DNA of 16,930 nt. Origin: a virus (lineage: Duplodnaviria > Heunggongvirae > Uroviricota > Caudoviricetes). The DNA is taken from IMG/VR virus record IMGVR_UViG_3300000279_000019, one strand, 5' to 3'. Shown in pieces: positions 15,719 to 16,930 of the stretch (within the stretch, counting starts at the first letter, position 1; every line of letters begins with the position of its first letter). The notes beneath the pieces are model-generated. The model did no database searches, had not been told where the DNA came from, and saw only the letters and a list, made by a program, of their open reading frames with translations. The position numbers and the translations under genes are program-made.

Positions 15719-16930
15719 TCACCCGCATTTTCCGAACTCACCATGCACCACATTTCCGCCATGCTCGAGCGAATCCATATAGTCGGCATACCACTGGAGC
15801 ATCTCCCGGCGACCATCCAGATATTGCGCATGGTTGTATGTGCCACGAATTGAGTTTTTATCGACGTGTGCGAGCTGTGTCTCTATCCACGCGGTGTTAT
15901 AGCCCTGCTCATGCAAAATGGTGCTCATGGTGTGCCGGAATCCATGACCAGTAACCTTTCCGTTATAGCCGATGCGTTTAAATACTTGGTTTATGCTAGC
16001 CTCGCTCATTGTTTTCCTTGGATCATTACGGCCGGGAAACATAAGCGGATAATTGCCAGTTAATTCTTTAATCTGCCCAATAAGCGAAAGAGCCTGCTTA
16101 GACAAAGGCACCACATGAGGGCGACGCATTTTCATCCGTGAAGCAGGTATCTCCCAGATAGCCTTGTTGAGATCGATTTCATCCCATAATGCACCGCGCA
16201 GTTCGCCAGTCCGCAAACCGGTGATAATCAGTAGACGAGCCGCCATAACAACCAATGCACTTCCTGAGTAACTGGACAATGCCTTGAAAAAATCAGGTAA
16301 TTCTTTGGCTGTGAGGAAAGGATAATGATTAGATTCATGACCTTGCATCGCGCTGGTGAGATCCGGTGCAGGGTTATACTCAGCACGTCCAGTGACAATT
16401 GCATAGCGGAAAACTTCCCCGCATCGCTGCCTCACTTTTTTGGCTTTTTCGGTAGCACCGCGCCCCTCGATGCGCCGCAGCACATTCAGCAGTTCAAGTG
16501 GTTTGATTTCGGCGATTGGTTTTTTGCCAATGTAAGGGAACACATCTTTGTTGAAGGCTTCGAGGATGTCTGAAGCATAACCAGCAGACCATTTTTTTAA
16601 TTTGCTGCTGTGCCACTCAAGGGCAATATCTTTGAAGGTGCTGTTTAACTGCGTTTCCCGGGCAATCTTTTCCTCTCGTTTCGCTTCCATCGGATCGATA
16701 CCCCCAGCGATCCCCCTTTTAGCTTCTTCACGTTTTGCACGAGCATCAGCCAAGGTAACTTCAGGATACACACCTAGTGCTAACAGCTTCTCTTTACCAG
16801 CTACACGATATTTGAAGCGCCAATATTTTCCTCCACTAGGTTTTACCAAGAGATACAGACCACCACCATCAGCCAGCTTGTAAGCCTTCTCTTTTGGCTT
16901 GGCAGTGTCTATTTGACGGGCATTGAGTTT
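15719..16930 (-). CDS. int: Tyrosine integrase, P4-type (5' end runs off the window; start codon found at 45..43 in a circular reading)
   Basis: N-terminal KLNARQIDTAKPKEKAYKLADGGGLYLLVKPSGGKYWRFKYRVAGKEKLLALGVYPEVTLADAR is the conserved P4-integrase N-domain; C-terminal catalytic region with HGFRHT and LAHVD motifs and a tyrosine near the end; the track M at 16849 is an internal TTG. Confidence 0.9.
   Translation of the reverse strand, partial: KLNARQIDTAKPKEKAYKLADGGGLYLLVKPSGGKYWRFKYRVAGKEKLLALGVYPEVTLADARAKREEAKRGIAGGIDPMEAKREEKIARETQLNSTFKDIALEWHSSKLKKWSAGYASDILEAFNKDVFPYIGKKPIAEIKPLELLNVLRRIEGRGATEKAKKVRQRCGEVFRYAIVTGRAEYNPAPDLTSAMQGHESNHYPFLTAKELPDFFKALSSYSGSALVVMAARLLIITGLRTGELRGALWDEIDLNKAIWEIPASRMKMRRPHVVPLSKQALSLIGQIKELTGNYPLMFPGRNDPRKTMSEASINQVFKRIGYNGKVTGHGFRHTMSTILHEQGYNTAWIETQLAHVDKNSIRGTYNHAQYLDGRREMLQWYADYMDSLEHGGNVVHGEFGKCG
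16889..16930. repeat. Terminal direct repeat, copy 2 (identical to 1-42)
   Basis: Exact 42/42 identity with positions 1-42; repeat may extend beyond the window edge. Confidence 0.9.

Larger units (their letters stand above)
1..16930. mobile_element. P4-family / PICI-like integrative satellite-type element, apparently complete and circularly permuted in this window
   Basis: Co-occurrence of P4-type tyrosine integrase, AlpA-family protein, AntA-like antirepressor, P4 alpha-like primase/helicase with adjacent 8-bp iteron origin, and a Nu1-like HTH protein; the 42-nt ends are identical; no capsid, tail or lysis genes seen. Confidence 0.6.

Noticed and set aside
1-16930. Transposase / insertion sequence
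   Set aside because: No ORF with a transposase-like product, and no terminal inverted repeats apart from the 42-bp direct terminal repeat.

Overview
The window reads as one compact, apparently complete integrative mobile element of about 16.9 kb, in the P4-satellite / PICI-like family, and it is almost entirely minus-strand coding. All calls below are made by eye from the sequence and the ORF track; no database search was run. The first 42 nt are identical to the last 42 nt, and that repeat falls inside the N-terminal codons of a P4-type tyrosine integrase, so the window is either a circular element shown with overlap or an element bounded by 42-bp direct repeats. Backbone, from high to low coordinates: integrase (15719-16930, 5' end off-window), a 238-aa unknown protein, an AlpA-family regulator/excisionase, an AntA-like antirepressor, then a divergent ribbon-helix-helix-like regulator (plus strand) with two dyad operators. 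Next comes a replication operon of six small translationally coupled ORFs ending in a P4 alpha-like primase/helicase, followed by an iteron origin (about 12 copies of TGTCTACC). Downstream are a FinO/ProQ-domain protein, a PerC-like regulator, a coiled-coil lipoprotein, a small membrane protein, a three-gene small operon, and a lambda Nu1-like HTH protein next to an array of TTGACAC(TTTTTCGCG) repeats. The left 4 kb is markedly AT-rich cargo: a 193-aa two-TM protein with a coupled 60-aa protein, and a 532-aa protein with no recognisable family, which I consider the best candidate for an undescribed (possibly anti-phage) function. I found no rRNA, tRNA, CRISPR array or transposase. Family assignments rest on motif recognition; the small-ORF products are mostly unknown.
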